This document shows, in pieces, positions 1 to 12,488 of a stretch of DNA of 64,000 nucleotides. Source of the stretch: Octopus vulgaris (Eukaryota); the NCBI GenBank assembly GCA_951406725.2, contig OX597835.1, forward strand, positions 42,594,001-42,658,000. Direction: 5' to 3'. The notes under the pieces were generated by a model. That model did not search any database, was not told where the DNA came from, and worked only from the letters and a program-made list of their open reading frames with translations. The number at the start of each line of letters is the position of its first letter. Within the stretch, counting starts at the first letter, position 1. A program made the translations under genes and the position numbers.

Positions 1-289
1 TTCTTGTGCAACAACAAATTCAACTTATTTGAAATAAATACAGAAGTTTTTGAAGAGTTATACAACAAGGGAATGACTGTTACATTTGTCATAAACTCCA
101 TTTTGATTTATATGTTGGATTATAATGAAAAAAAAAATATATATTGAAAAACTAAATAAAAATATAGGTTTCAAATAGTTTTTGATTATTTGATTATGAA
201 TTGTAAATTAACGGTTAGTAAATTTGATGCAAATTTAAATTAATTTATTAATGCTAGGTTATAATAAAAATAATAATCCCAGTATAATA

Positions 290-1150
290 ATAGGCTATAG
301 TGAACAGTTAACAGTGTGAGATAAACCTATAGAGAACAGTTAACGAAGGTGAAACATAAACATAGAAAATAAATGTATAGTTAACAATATATCTGTAGTG
401 AACAATTAACAGCATGAGATAGACCTATATAAACAATTAACATCTTGAATAAGCCTTGAACATTTAACAGCAGGTGAAACATGAATGTGGAAAATAAATG
501 AATAGTGAACGTATAGTGGCTATTATCAGTGGACATGCATGTGAAAGTAAACATATGGCGAAGAATTAATAACATGTTATAGATAGAACTATAGTGAACA
601 GGTTGCTGTTTATAATACATAACTGTGGATAATATACCTGCCAGTTAACAAGAGGGAGATAAACCTGCAGTGAACAGTTTTTATCAGGTGATATGTAAAT
701 ATGCAAGATAAATGTATAATGTACAGTTAACAGCAGGGGACATGTGAATGTGGAAGATAAATGTATAGTGAACTGATTAAAAGAAATAGTACATAGATAC
801 ATAAACCTATAGTGAACAGTTAACAGAGTGTTTTAAAGCTGTAGTGGACAGTAAACAGCATGTGGCACCTGAATATGGAAGTTTGTTTTACTTTTAAGAT
901 AACAAATAAACCTATAATGAACAGTCAACAATATAACTCTGCAGGGGATGGTTAACAGCAGGTGTTACCTGAATGTGTTACCTGAATGTTTAAAGAACAG
1001 CTAATAAGATAAACTGCATAAACCTATAGTGAACAGTTAACAGGAGATAAACTTAAAGGGAACAGTTAGCTGAATGTGGGAGATGAACATATAGGGAACA
1101 GCTTATAACAGTTGACATATAAATGTGTGAGGTAAACATATGGTAATTAC
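290..1150. repeat. Degenerate tandem repeat (aaacctatagtgaacagttaacag-like units)
   Basis: Motif recurs many times with divergence and irregular spacing. Confidence 0.7.
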
Positions 1151-2675
1151 CTATAAATATATTTCTTTACTACCCACGAGGGGCTAAACACAGAGGGGAC
1201 AAACAAGGACAGACAAACGGATTAAGTCGATTACATCGACCCCAGTGCGTAACTGGTACTTAATTTATCGACCCCGAAAGGTAAACAAGTGATATATAAA
1301 ATGCTATGATAAAAGTGATTCCTTGCGCTCCTACATAAAAAAAAACTGTCTTTAAATGAAGATAAGCCATAATCTAATCCAACTGTTATTTTTCTAAACA
1401 CAACAGACAAATCCATAAACAGTCAAAATTCTTCAATAACCAAAATTTAATTTAATTTTTGTTTGTATTTTACATATTAAAAAATGAATTTATTGAAACA
1501 ATTTTATAAAATATTGTCATATTTATTGATATATACTTCAATGTCATCCATTTGGATGGTTTTGGTACAAGAACACTATACAACTGGAGGTTTAGACATA
1601 CCCTAACTGCCAGCATGGAACTTGATTTCTTTAAAAGCCATTAATTATTCATTTAAATTTCACTAAATTTCATATCAAAACCTTTACTGTTTTGGATTCT
1701 TTCTGTGATATAATCAGACAAATACCACACAGTTCTCTACCATTTCAGATATTGCTGTATATCATGTTTTATGTTACAGACTTTTGTCAAAAAAAAAAAA
1801 AAAGATTAAAAGACTGAAATTCATTTAAATTATAAATATATAAGATTAAAAATATTTTCCAAGAGATTTATTAAAAATGTGTCTTGCAAAGTAATAAGAC
1901 TAACCCCAAGTTTATTGTGGCAGTTAGGGGTTGTTCGTTTAGTTAGTTTCCCCTAAGGTATGCTGGGGGTGAATATTTAGTTGTATTTATATATTTTTAG
2001 TTTGAAAATGTTTCACTTTGATTTTCCAGTATTATTTTTCAGTTTTTCTTTTTTTTTTCTGTAACCTTTTGGTCCTGTTGTTTCAAAGAATTTTGTTCAT
2101 ATTCATGTGAGACAGTCGTTGCTGGAATGATTTTGTGAGGTTTATGCAAAAATTCTTCATCAAAACAACCAAGTAAAAGATTTACTGTCTGACGTTTAGA
2201 ATACAAATGGAAATGGGAGGTGATAGGCATGGGTGGGTGGGGGAAACGAACAGGAGAGGTTAAAGAACAGACTTTGAATCAGTTTAAAAAGGGAAGCCGA
2301 AGAAAGAAATGATTTGATGCTGTTGGTGTTATGTAAATAGTTTCCAGAAAGAAGGGGTTCTTAAAATTTAGTTTTAAAATCTTCAACAACTTAAGACAAA
2401 CGGACAGACACACCACATGAAAAATACATAAGGGTCCCTAAAGGCAAGAAAACGACAAATCTGAGATGACTGCACATACAATAATGAAAGAAACCTGAAA
2501 ACAGTGAAAATACTACAGAACGAACCATACACGAAACAAACAAGACATTACAACAAATCAAAAATAAATATAAAGGAAAAGAATTTAAGTATCTCAAATG
2601 AAGATAAGATCTTGGATGTCATCACCAAATAGACAGCCGCATCAATGAGCGTATAACCTAAGTGCCACTGTTAAC

Positions 2676-3485
2676 CAGGGCCAGATTCAGACCTGTAGAT
2701 GCCCTACACACTTGAAATATTTTGGTCTCCCCCAATATATATGTAATTCAAAATATAAACAATAATAAACCATGAAATAAATCTTTATTTTTCAAAATGA
2801 AACAAAAAACTAACAGTAAGATGGAAAATGATTCTTGTTTCTGTATATTCTTACTCTCTCTCTTTTACTCTTTTACTTGTTTCAGTCATTTGACTGCGGC
2901 CATGCTGGAGCACCACCTTTTAGTCGAGCAAATCGACCCCGAGACTTATTCTTTGTAAGCCCAGTAGTTATTCTATCAGTCTCTTTTGCCAAACCGCTAA
3001 GTGACGGCGACGTAAACACACCAGCATCAGTTGTCAAGCAATGCTAGGGGGAGTAACACAGACACACAAACATACACACACACACACATATATATACATA
3101 TATACGACGGGCTTCTTTCAGTTTCCATCTACCAAATCCACTCACAAGGGTTTGGTCGGCCCGAGGCTATAGTAGAAGACACTTGCCCAAGATGCCATGC
3201 AGTGGGACTGAACCCAGAACCATGTGGTTGGTAAGCAAGCTACTTGCCACACAGCCACTCCTGCGCCTATATTTATATTTGAAAAGTTTCCTCCTACATT
3301 TTTCTAATTGCAAAGTCTTTGATCAGATTCTCATTATGACACCATGGACACTTTGAAATTATATTTCCAATCATATAAACTATTCTAAATAGTTTAAAGT
3401 GATTTCTTTTGTGCTGTAAACCATTTACCATTTCTGTGGTGCCCTCAGCCAGTGCTTATTTTCATTAATGGTTAATCCAGCCGTG
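2676..3485. mobile_element. hAT-like non-autonomous element containing a nested SINE
   Basis: Imperfect TIRs cagggccagatt / aatccagccgtg; exact 8-bp target-site duplication ctgttaac at 2668-2675 and 3486-3493. Confidence 0.75.
2853..3268 (-). mobile_element. tRNA-derived SINE family B (ggcgcaggagtggctgtgtggtaag head; ...ggtgctccagcatggccgcagtc...gtaaaaga tail)
   Basis: Similar copies at about 18474-18865(+), 38445-38838(+), 39397-39815(+) and 63390-63808(-); A/B-box-like head and internal microsatellite. Confidence 0.85.
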
Positions 3486-3799
3486 CTGTTAACAACAAAC
3501 TGATTATAAACACATAAAGGTAAAACAGTAAAGTTACCTTCTTGAGTCATGCTGACTCACAAGGGCTGGTTTGCCAGTTTCCATGGGGGGGTCATGACCC
3601 CCCCACCCAGCGACAGAATTCTGGCCAGTCACAGGATTACTCATCTTTGCCAGCTGAGTGGTCTGCAGCAATGTAAAATGAAGTGTTTTGCTCAAGGACA
3701 CAATGCGTCACCTGGTCCAGGGATTGAAACCACAATCTTATGATCAGGAGTCCGAAACCCTAACCACTAAGCCCCAAACTCCCACAATATAAATACATA

Positions 3800-4028
3800 T
3801 ATATTTCTTTACTACCCACAAGGCGCTAAACACAGAGAGGATAAACAAGGACAGACAAACGGATTAAGTCGATTACATCGACCCCAGTGCGTAACTGGTA
3901 CTTAATTTATCGACCCCGAAAGGATGAAAGGCAAAGTCGACCTCGGCAGAATTTGAACTCGGAACGCAACGACAGATGAAATACGGCTACGAATTTCGCT
4001 CGGCGTGCTAACGTTTCTGCCAGCTCGC
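3800..4028 (-). mobile_element. SINE family A (ggcgagctggcagaa...gggtagtaaagaaata)
   Basis: Flanked by direct repeat cacaatataaatacata. Further full or partial copies near 1160, 6290, 13490, 23580, 35480, 51360, 52583 and 62565. Confidence 0.88.
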
Positions 4029-6749
4029 CACAATATAAATACATAGATTGCAACTGGGTCCCCAGAGTCGACATTGAGGGAGTCCAATGGAAATAATGAA
4101 GGAAATGGAGAGAAACGATACGAAACCGATGCACGTGGATCAATGTAAATATCAGTTTGTGGGGCTTCGTGAAAGAAGGAATGTTGCGGAGATCTTCAGG
4201 AAAGTTTGTCCACAGAAACAAAATAATGGAATATCAGCAAATTGACTCATCGCATCTCATCATTAGCATTGGTGGCATCGAGGGAAATCAGATGTGATAA
4301 TAACAGTCAGAAATTCTATTCTGAGAAAGCTGAAAATGAAGAGCAAGTGTACTAACATAAGATTGGAAAAAAATAAAAAGAAGGTAAGGAACATCCTTAG
4401 TGAAATGTAAAAATAAGGGTCCGACATGAAAATGAAAAAGGGGTTCCAAATAATCAAAGAGTTTAATATCAATAAAAACAAAAGGCATTCGACTTGGTGG
4501 TTAGAGAGAGAAGAGGTACAAAGACACAAGTCACCTTAGCATGAAACTTTGTGGTAGTCTCTCGGATGTGAGAAAAGGATGGTTCTGCAATTTGTTGGTG
4601 AACAGTTTGCACAGATGATCTGTTTATAATGATCGGATGTGTGTGCTCATTCCTTCCATTGATTCGATATTGCCTGATCAGGTGCACAAATGTCAGGTGC
4701 ACAAATGTCAGGTGCATGTTAGATGTCAAAATGACAACAGAGAAACATGGAATGAAGTGTCTTGCCCAAGAACACACTGTACCATCTGGTCTGGTAATTG
4801 GATCCATTATCTTGTGATTGTGAGGACAATATCCAAACCATTAGGCCATTCGTCCTCACAGTATTAAATCACAGTTCTAACATAGTACATAATAAATGGA
4901 ATTTAGGTAAACTGGAAAGTTAAGTCAGAAAAAAAGGAAACTGTTAACAGCAATTCAAAGTCATCAGCCTGAAATGTGATGCAGATGAAATAGAGACTAT
5001 GTCAGATGCAGCAGGGATTCATCTGACACAGAAGAAAACTACTACAAAGTAACAACAGTGGGACTAGAAAAATACTCAGAAATAAGTGAGAGAAAACTGA
5101 AAAGTGTAATAAGGAAACGAAATAACAAAGCAATATCAAAAGGAATTTCCCCTTCTCTCTGTTAAAGGAGCCACAAGCACTTTCACGGAGACGTATAGGC
5201 AAGACAGGTACTTCTGCCTACAAAATTCCATCACAAGATTTTGGTTAACTTGAGGATATACCAGAAGACACTTGCCCAAGGTGCTATGCAGTGGGACTGA
5301 ACCTGAGACGATATGGTTGAGAAGCAAGCTTCCATGAACACAAGGAATGCAATTTTGAGGGGAGGGTGTTTGTAGATTATATCAACCTGAGTATTTAACT
5401 GGTTTCTTATTTTATTGAACGTGGAGGGACGAAAGATGAAGTTGTTCTTGGTGGATGTAAAGAGTTGCAACAAACAGTGAGTTTAATTATTTCAACACTC
5501 TAACAACTCTGCTAACATCCCCACCTGCTAACAATATATAGAATATAAAATGGTAAAATAAAAACCGGAAGCTAACAGCATTGAAGTAAAAGATTTAGAT
5601 GAGGATAAAACAATACAAAAAATCTAATAGGAAACAATACAAAAAAACTAATAGGAAAGAGAAAATCAAAATCAAAATGAAATTACAAAATATACTAACA
5701 AGGAATTGGAAAGAAAAACCATTCTATGGCCAATATATCACATGACTTGACAAAGCGGAAGAATGCCAGAGTGAATGCCAACAATGGCTCCAGTGCTCTG
5801 AGATAAGCATAGAAACAGGTCTGGGTTAAACTGCACAGGATCAATGTCAACTACAAATGATTTTATAGAAATACAATAATTGTTTCTTATTTCGGTACAA
5901 GTCCAGCAGTTTTGAGGCGCAAGGGTTTGTTGATTAGCTCCAGGACTTGGGTTCATAGATTATTTTATTGATATCCAGAGGGGATGAAAGGCAAATTAGA
6001 ACTTGATGTGATTTGAGCTCCGAGAGTAAAGAACCTGAAGAAATATTGCAAGACAATTCGTTCACAAAAATACAATAATTAAAATAATGATGATAATGGC
6101 ATCAAATGGAGAGAATGGAAGCAATGCAATGAGACAGTTGACCCATGTCTTCTCTGGTTGTCCAGTTTTTGCCAAGTCCATGCGTATTCACAGACACAAT
6201 TAAGGTGACAGTTATGTACCATAGGTAATGATATGTTGTTGTTTTGACATGAAAATGAATGTGTTTTGGAGATCGAAACAAATAGTATACATTTCTTTAC
6301 TACCCACAAGGAGCTAAACACAGAGGGGACAAACAAGGACAGACAAACAGATTAAGTCGATTACATCGACCCCAGTGCGTAACTGGTACTTAATTTATCG
6401 ACCCCAAAAGGATGAAAGGCAAAGTCGACCTCTTTGTTGATCGAGACAAATAGTATAGTTTATTATTGTGAAAGATGGAAATGAGAATGTCTATACTCCA
6501 TTAGACATATCGAACACTACTAACCAAAATATTGGTTCCAAATTTTAGCACAAGGCCAGCAATTTTGGGGAGAGGTAAGTCAATTAGATCAATCCCAATG
6601 TTCATCTGGTACTTATTTTATCGACCCTGGAAGGGATGAAGGGTGAATTTGAACTCAGAACGTGAAAATGGATGAAATGCTGCTAAGCATTTTGATTGGT
6701 ATGCTAACAATTCTGCCAGCTGGCTGCCCTAAACTGCAAACCAAAATAT

Positions 6750-6880
6750 TGCCCAAAAGGACTTGAAGAAACTGTCAAAGTACAAGGATCTTCAAACTGA
6801 AATAAACAGGATGTGGAACATGCCAGAAAATACAGAACCAACAGCAATTAGAGCATTTGGCATGATAAAATAAAATCATT
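6750..6880 (+). mobile_element. Decayed R4/Dong-like LINE fragment (restriction-like endonuclease region)
   Basis: Translates KLSKYKDLQTEINRMWNM...TAIRAFGMIK, like the C-terminus of RLE-type non-LTR elements. Confidence 0.55.
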
Positions 6881-7089
6881 CAGGGTTCATGTTATATACG
6901 GTTGAAATGGAAGTTCTACAAAACATAGCCTGTCTCCTACACAAGACAGTTTCTGTACAATAACAGAACACAAACAGTACCACTCTCTGTACACAATACA
7001 GGCCCTATACAATAACCAGCCAATGAAATAACATAGCACATTCAACAAACAGCAAGCGGAATCCTTACCCAATAATATAAACTGGCACA

Positions 7090-7394
7090 ACATCAGTTAT
7101 GATGACGAGGGTTCCAGTTGATATGATCAACAAAACCTACTCATGAAATTAACATGCATGTGGCTGAGAGCTCCACAGGCACATGCACCCTTAACGTAGT
7201 TGTCAGGGAGATTCAGCATGACACAGAGTGTGATAAGGCTGGCCCTTTGAAATGCAAATACAACTGATTTTTGCCAGCTAAGAGCAACATCAAATAAAAT
7301 GTCTTGCTCAAGGACACAATGTGTTGTCTGGAATTGAACTCCCGACCTTACTAAAGTGAGGTGAATACCCTAACCACTAAGCCATGTGCTTCCA
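7090..7394 (-). mobile_element. SINE family E (catggcttagtggttaggg head)
   Basis: Related copies near 37350-37657(+), 39880-40200(+) and 62262-62832(-, interrupted by SINE A with TSD agctgaatactcta). Confidence 0.75.
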
Positions 7395-7467
7395 CTTACC
7401 CAATAATATAACAGAATATAATGCAATACCTACTCCAGTAACTCACATTCTATACATATGTCATCCA

Positions 7468-7695
7468 TTAACCCTTTCGTTACCAACCCGGGCGAAACCA
7501 GCTCCGGCTCTGAGTACAAATGTCTTGTTTTCATGAGTTTTGAATTAAAATCTTCCACCAAACCTTAGTCACAATTTATGTTCCTAACACTAGCTGAATG
7601 ATGACTAACTTCTTTTACAAAATTCTTTGTTATATTTCAAGTAAATGAAAGAAACACATAGCATCTCAAAATAAATGCAGCAACAAAAGGGTTAA
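7468..7695. mobile_element. TTAA-flanked piggyBac-like MITE
   Basis: Ends ttaaccctttcgtt... / ...aacaaaagggttaa; same family in opposite orientation at 44431-44659 and near 63001-63222. Confidence 0.75.
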
Positions 7696-8239
7696 TATCA
7701 TAGAATATACGCAGCTTGTGTCCTACACAATTGTTGACTAAACACTAATTATGCATATTCTACACAGTCACCACCCAAAACTACAACAGATACACACTCT
7801 GCATAATCATACACATTCCTGTGCATTGGCACACTGAGCAGTTACACAAGAGCCCCCGCTGGAATAGGGGCCCAATATTCTTTTCTACTCTAGGCACAAG
7901 GCCCGAAATTTTTTATATACAGCTTCAATCGCACAACACTTACAAAACATAAACACAGACAGCAGAATACAGGCACAGCTCCACATCATGACAGCATCCC
8001 CAGATTAACTCGGATGATCCCAAGGTTAATATTACTTAACACCATAATAAAGGCTTCCAAAAATGGGAGTTAATAGACCTGTAATAAGAGCAGAGATATT
8101 AAGATGGCGGTGGTGGTGGTGGTGGGCTGTCTCTAGAAAGGAGGAAGATGAGAGGTTTAGAGGCAGTGTATGTGAAGAAACAGCATTGATATGGAAGAAA
8201 TATGACAGAGAGGAAAGAGAGATCATAGCGAGGGGAGGG

Positions 8240-8810
8240 GTGTCATAGTGTAGGAAGAAACATCATAGTAAAGCAAGGGACATCATAGTGAGAAAAAACT
8301 AATATAGTGAGGGGGAAAATTACATAGGGAGGGGAGAAACATCATAGCAAGGAGAGAGAGAGACATCATAGTAAGGGAAGGAATGTCATAGTGAAGGTAG
8401 GGCAAATCATAGTGGGAGAAAAAGCACCAAAGTGAAGAGAGAAGTATCATAGTAAGGGGAGAAACATCATAGTGGAGGTAGAGTAGATCATAGAAATATC
8501 ATAAGGAAGAGATAAATGTCATAGCAAATGGAGAGACATCATAGTGATAGGAGAAACATTATAGGGAGTTGAGAAAGATCATAGTGAGAAGAGAAACGTC
8601 ATAGCAAAGGAAGAGACATCATAGTGATAGGAGAAACATCATAGGGAGTTGAGAAATATCATAGTGATTGGGGAACGTCACAGTGAGGAGAAAATTATCA
8701 TAGTGAAGGAAGAAACATCATAGGGAGAGAAGAAGCATCATAATAAAAAAAGAAACATCATAGTCAGGCTAATGACATCATAATGAAAAGAGAAACATCA
8801 TATTAAAGAG
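8240..8810. repeat. Degenerate purine-rich minisatellite, about 20-bp unit (gagaaacatcatagtga core)
   Basis: The catcatag core recurs at about 20-nt spacing. Confidence 0.8.
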
Positions 8811-9260
8811 GAGGATATTGTTGCAAAGAGATAAACATTCGTGAAAAATGGAATCTTTATGAATGGGACAAAAAGTTCCAGAGCAGAGCAGACATTCTTA
8901 TCAATGGTACCAGGAAAAACCTTGGTAGCTTCAGACCAGAGATTCTGACACCGATTCCAACACCTCAATGAAGCTAGACTCTACAATATTTTACTAAGCT
9001 GGTCTTTTAGACATCTGCTATAGAATCTGTTTGAAACTAAATCAGATGAAACATTCTATCCATGCTTCAAATTTTATTTTGCTATCTTGCTGTCAGGAAT
9101 TTTGGTAAGCTTTCCTTGTGTTTAGAACCAAAAAGAGAAGGAAAAGAATATATGCTATTTTTGTTGGGTTTTTTTTTTTGTCATGTCTTTATATGAAAAC
9201 TTTTTTATCATGCTGTATTTTTCGAAATTTACATGAGGTTCTTTGAAATTTATTTTTCAG

Positions 9261-9439
9261 TACCAATATGGGCTATCATACTAATTTGTGCGGGAGTTTT
9301 GCTTTTCTTGGTGTGTGCAGCTTATTGTTGCTGCAAACGTATTTGCCGCAGGAGAAAGAAGAAAGATGGCAAAAAGGGGCTAAAAGGAGCAGTTGACCTC
9401 AGAAGTGTGCAGATTCTAGGCAATTCCATCAAAGAAAAG
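9261..9439 (+). CDS. Syt1: Synaptotagmin-1 exon: transmembrane helix, Cys cluster, basic juxtamembrane segment
   Basis: tttttcag acceptor and AAG|gtgagg donor; 179 nt, starts phase 1, ends phase 0. Encodes xPIWAIILICAGVLLFLVCAAYCCCKRICRRRKKKDGKKGLKGAVDLRSVQILGNSIKEK, typical of molluscan Syt1. Confidence 0.95.
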
Positions 9440-9966
9440 GTGAGGGGCTTCGATTAGTTTATCTTCTTTCTCAATCTGTCAATCGGATTTGTTTGTTAAT
9501 TAAATTAACTGTAATTAACAGATTATTCTTATCAGCTTTCCAATATATATATATAAATCCTTAAATCCTTAAAAATGTTTTAGCCCGAAGGCCGCGGCCA
9601 TGCTGGGGCACCACTGTGATATATATACAAAAAATATATACATATATTAATATAGTTATATACACGATGATGTTGATATATACATAAACATATATCTATA
9701 TCTGTCTATATACATATACACACACTATATATATATAGACATACATATTTATACAAAATAATTAATGTGGCTAGATGCAATTCAAAATCAAAAAGAAAAT
9801 AATTCACTGTCATTAAAAATGTATCCTATAATGTATGTATATATATATATACATATATATATATATAATACACACACATATACATATATACTCTTATATA
9901 TACATATACATATATATATATATATATATAATACACACACATATACATATATACTCTTATATATAC

Positions 9967-10007
<41 letters not shown>

Positions 10008-10044
10008 TATATATATAATACACACACATATACATATATACTCT

Positions 10045-10077
<33 letters not shown>

Positions 10078-10084
10078 ATATATG

Positions 10085-10362
10085 ATCAATGCTAGGGCTG
10101 CCTGACTGGCTCCCATGCTGGTGGCATGTAAAAAGCACCATCCAAACGTGATCAATGCCAGGCCCACCTGACTGACTCCTGTGCTGGTGGTATGCAAAAA
10201 GCACCCACTACACTCTTAGAGTGGTTGGCATTAGGAAGGGCATCCAGCTGTAGAAACATTGCCGGATCAGACTGGAGCATGGTGCATCCGCTGGCTTTCC
10301 AGACCTCAAACCGTCCAACCCATGCCAGCATGGAAAACAGACGTTAAACGATGATGATGATG
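10085..10362 (+). mobile_element. Interspersed repeat family C ending ...catggaaaacggacgttaaacgatgatgat
   Basis: Copies near 15595-15937(-), 26086-26507(-), 45020-45323(+), 57293-57577(-) and 58865-59253(+); variable internal tandem units and a (GAT)n tail. Confidence 0.8.
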
Positions 10363-10639
10363 ACATACACACACACATATTGACCAGACTATCAGATACT
10401 GTTACAATGTACCTCACATTGTTTTGAATGGTGCCACCCAGCCAGCGAGGTGGGTAGGCCAATATTCCAGCTGATTGGAAGACTGTTTCATCACTGAGTT
10501 ACTCATTTACTTCTGAGAGGACTGGAGCAACATGAAATGAAGTGTTTTGCTCAAGAACACAATGTGTTGCCTGGTCCGGAAATCTAACCCATGATCTAGC
10601 GATCGTGAGCACACCTTAACCACTAAGTCATGTGCCTTC

Positions 10640-10961
10640 ACACACACACATATATTTAATGTATATATACATATGTACACATACATACATATTTATATAT
10701 GTGTATATATATAATATATATACATACATATATATATATATAATATATATACCTACATATATATATATATATATAATATATATACATACATATATATATA
10801 TATAATATATATATACATACATATATATATATAATATATATATACATACATATATATATATAATATATATATACATATATATATATATATAATATATATA
10901 TACATACATATATATATATATAATATATATATACATACATATATATATATATAATATATAT

Positions 10962-11017
<56 letters not shown>
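10640..11017. repeat. TA-rich compound microsatellite (also 9830-10083 and 12000-12500)
   Basis: (TA)n with periodic CATA interruptions; source of the YI-repeat ORFs. Confidence 0.97.
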
Positions 11018-11021
<4 letters not shown>

Positions 11022-11112
11022 TCAGCAACAATTTAGATTCAAATGAATATGGTACTTAATTTAGATGCACCAGAATTTTAGATGCACCATAAAAATTTGT
11101 GGGGTGATTATT

Positions 11113-11419
11113 ATCAAAAATAAGCAACAAGAATGATTCCGGTAATTTGCAAGCAGAGTTTTGGTCAGTTAGCATCTGAACTTCACAACTTCACATGTTC
11201 CTAAAATTTATATCAACTTCTTTATCTGTATATTTACCTTCCCTAAAATGTTACTACTTGATTTGAAAGCTTTTATATTATTGGAAAACCTATATAAATT
11301 GGCTGAAGAATACTCAGCATCTTAAATCTGCTGTAATATTTACAGCTTTTAATAAAATGTTGTAGTGTGAAACAATTGTACCAAATTACCGGAATCCTTC
11401 TTGTTGCTTATTTTTGATA
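11113..11419. mobile_element. Penelope-like element remnant with inverted ends
   Basis: atcaaaaataagcaacaagaatgattccggtaatttg is inversely repeated as caaattaccggaatccttcttgttgcttatttttgat; contains a minimal hammerhead motif. Confidence 0.6.
11296..11387 (+). ncRNA. Type I hammerhead ribozyme motif
   Basis: Stem I aaattgg/ccaaatt, core CUGAAGA (11303-11309), stem II atactcagcat/atgttgtagtgt, GAAA (11369-11372), palindromic stem III caattg, GUA cleavage triplet ending at 11380. Confidence 0.7.
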
Positions 11420-12134
11420 TATATATATATATATTGGATGATAATTTTAATTGTTTACACCTAACTGAGTATATTGTTAATAGCATTTTAATTAAGAAAA
11501 TCTCGTTATTTTTTTAATCTGCTGTTAAAAGCCAGATTGTGTTTGGATTCATCTTAGCATCAGCCATTTTTAATATCAAACTTTAACTTCAATATTTTGC
11601 TAAATGTAACATCTCTTTACTGTCCATATTGTCATAAATATATTTCACCATCTTCATTAATATTTCAGTAGTTTCCACCATCGTTTATTTTAGTTTGTTT
11701 TTTTAAAAAACAAAAAAAAAAAATTATTTCTTTTTCTCTTTTTCATCATATAATTTTATTTTTATTGCACACAGTGCTTGAATCGAATTTCCTTATGCAC
11801 ATTACAACATTGCAATCATAGATATTATATGCACATTACTACATCGTAACTAGTCTGCACATTTTTAATGCATCCTCATTGCACTTTAAAAGTTATCTTA
11901 GTTTGCATCTTTTCAAAAAAATAAATATCTTCCATCTACAAAACCACACTCAGCACATCCACTTCTTAGTACACTCAGCACATACACTTTGCATGCATAA
12001 TATATATATGTATTTATGTATCTATGTGGATGTATGTATGCATATATATATATATATATACTACATATGTATACATATGCACACACATGTTCATACATAT
12101 ATACATGTGTATATGTATATATATATATTTAATG

Positions 12135-12178
<44 letters not shown>

Positions 12179-12305
12179 ATATATATAGTATATATATATA
12201 TATATGCATATATATATGCATTGTATATATATATATATATATATATCGCATATATATATAAGGTATATATATATAGTATATATATATATATGCATATATA
12301 TATAT

Positions 12306-12358
<53 letters not shown>

Positions 12359-12450
12359 TATATATGCATATATATATATGCATTGTATATATATATATAT
12401 GCATATATATAAGTATATATATATATATATATATATATGCATATATATAA

Positions 12451-12488
<38 letters not shown>

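Noticed and set aside
8240-8810. Regularly spaced catcatag repeats resembling a CRISPR array
   Set aside because: Short degenerate units without unique spacers, no cas genes, eukaryotic intron.
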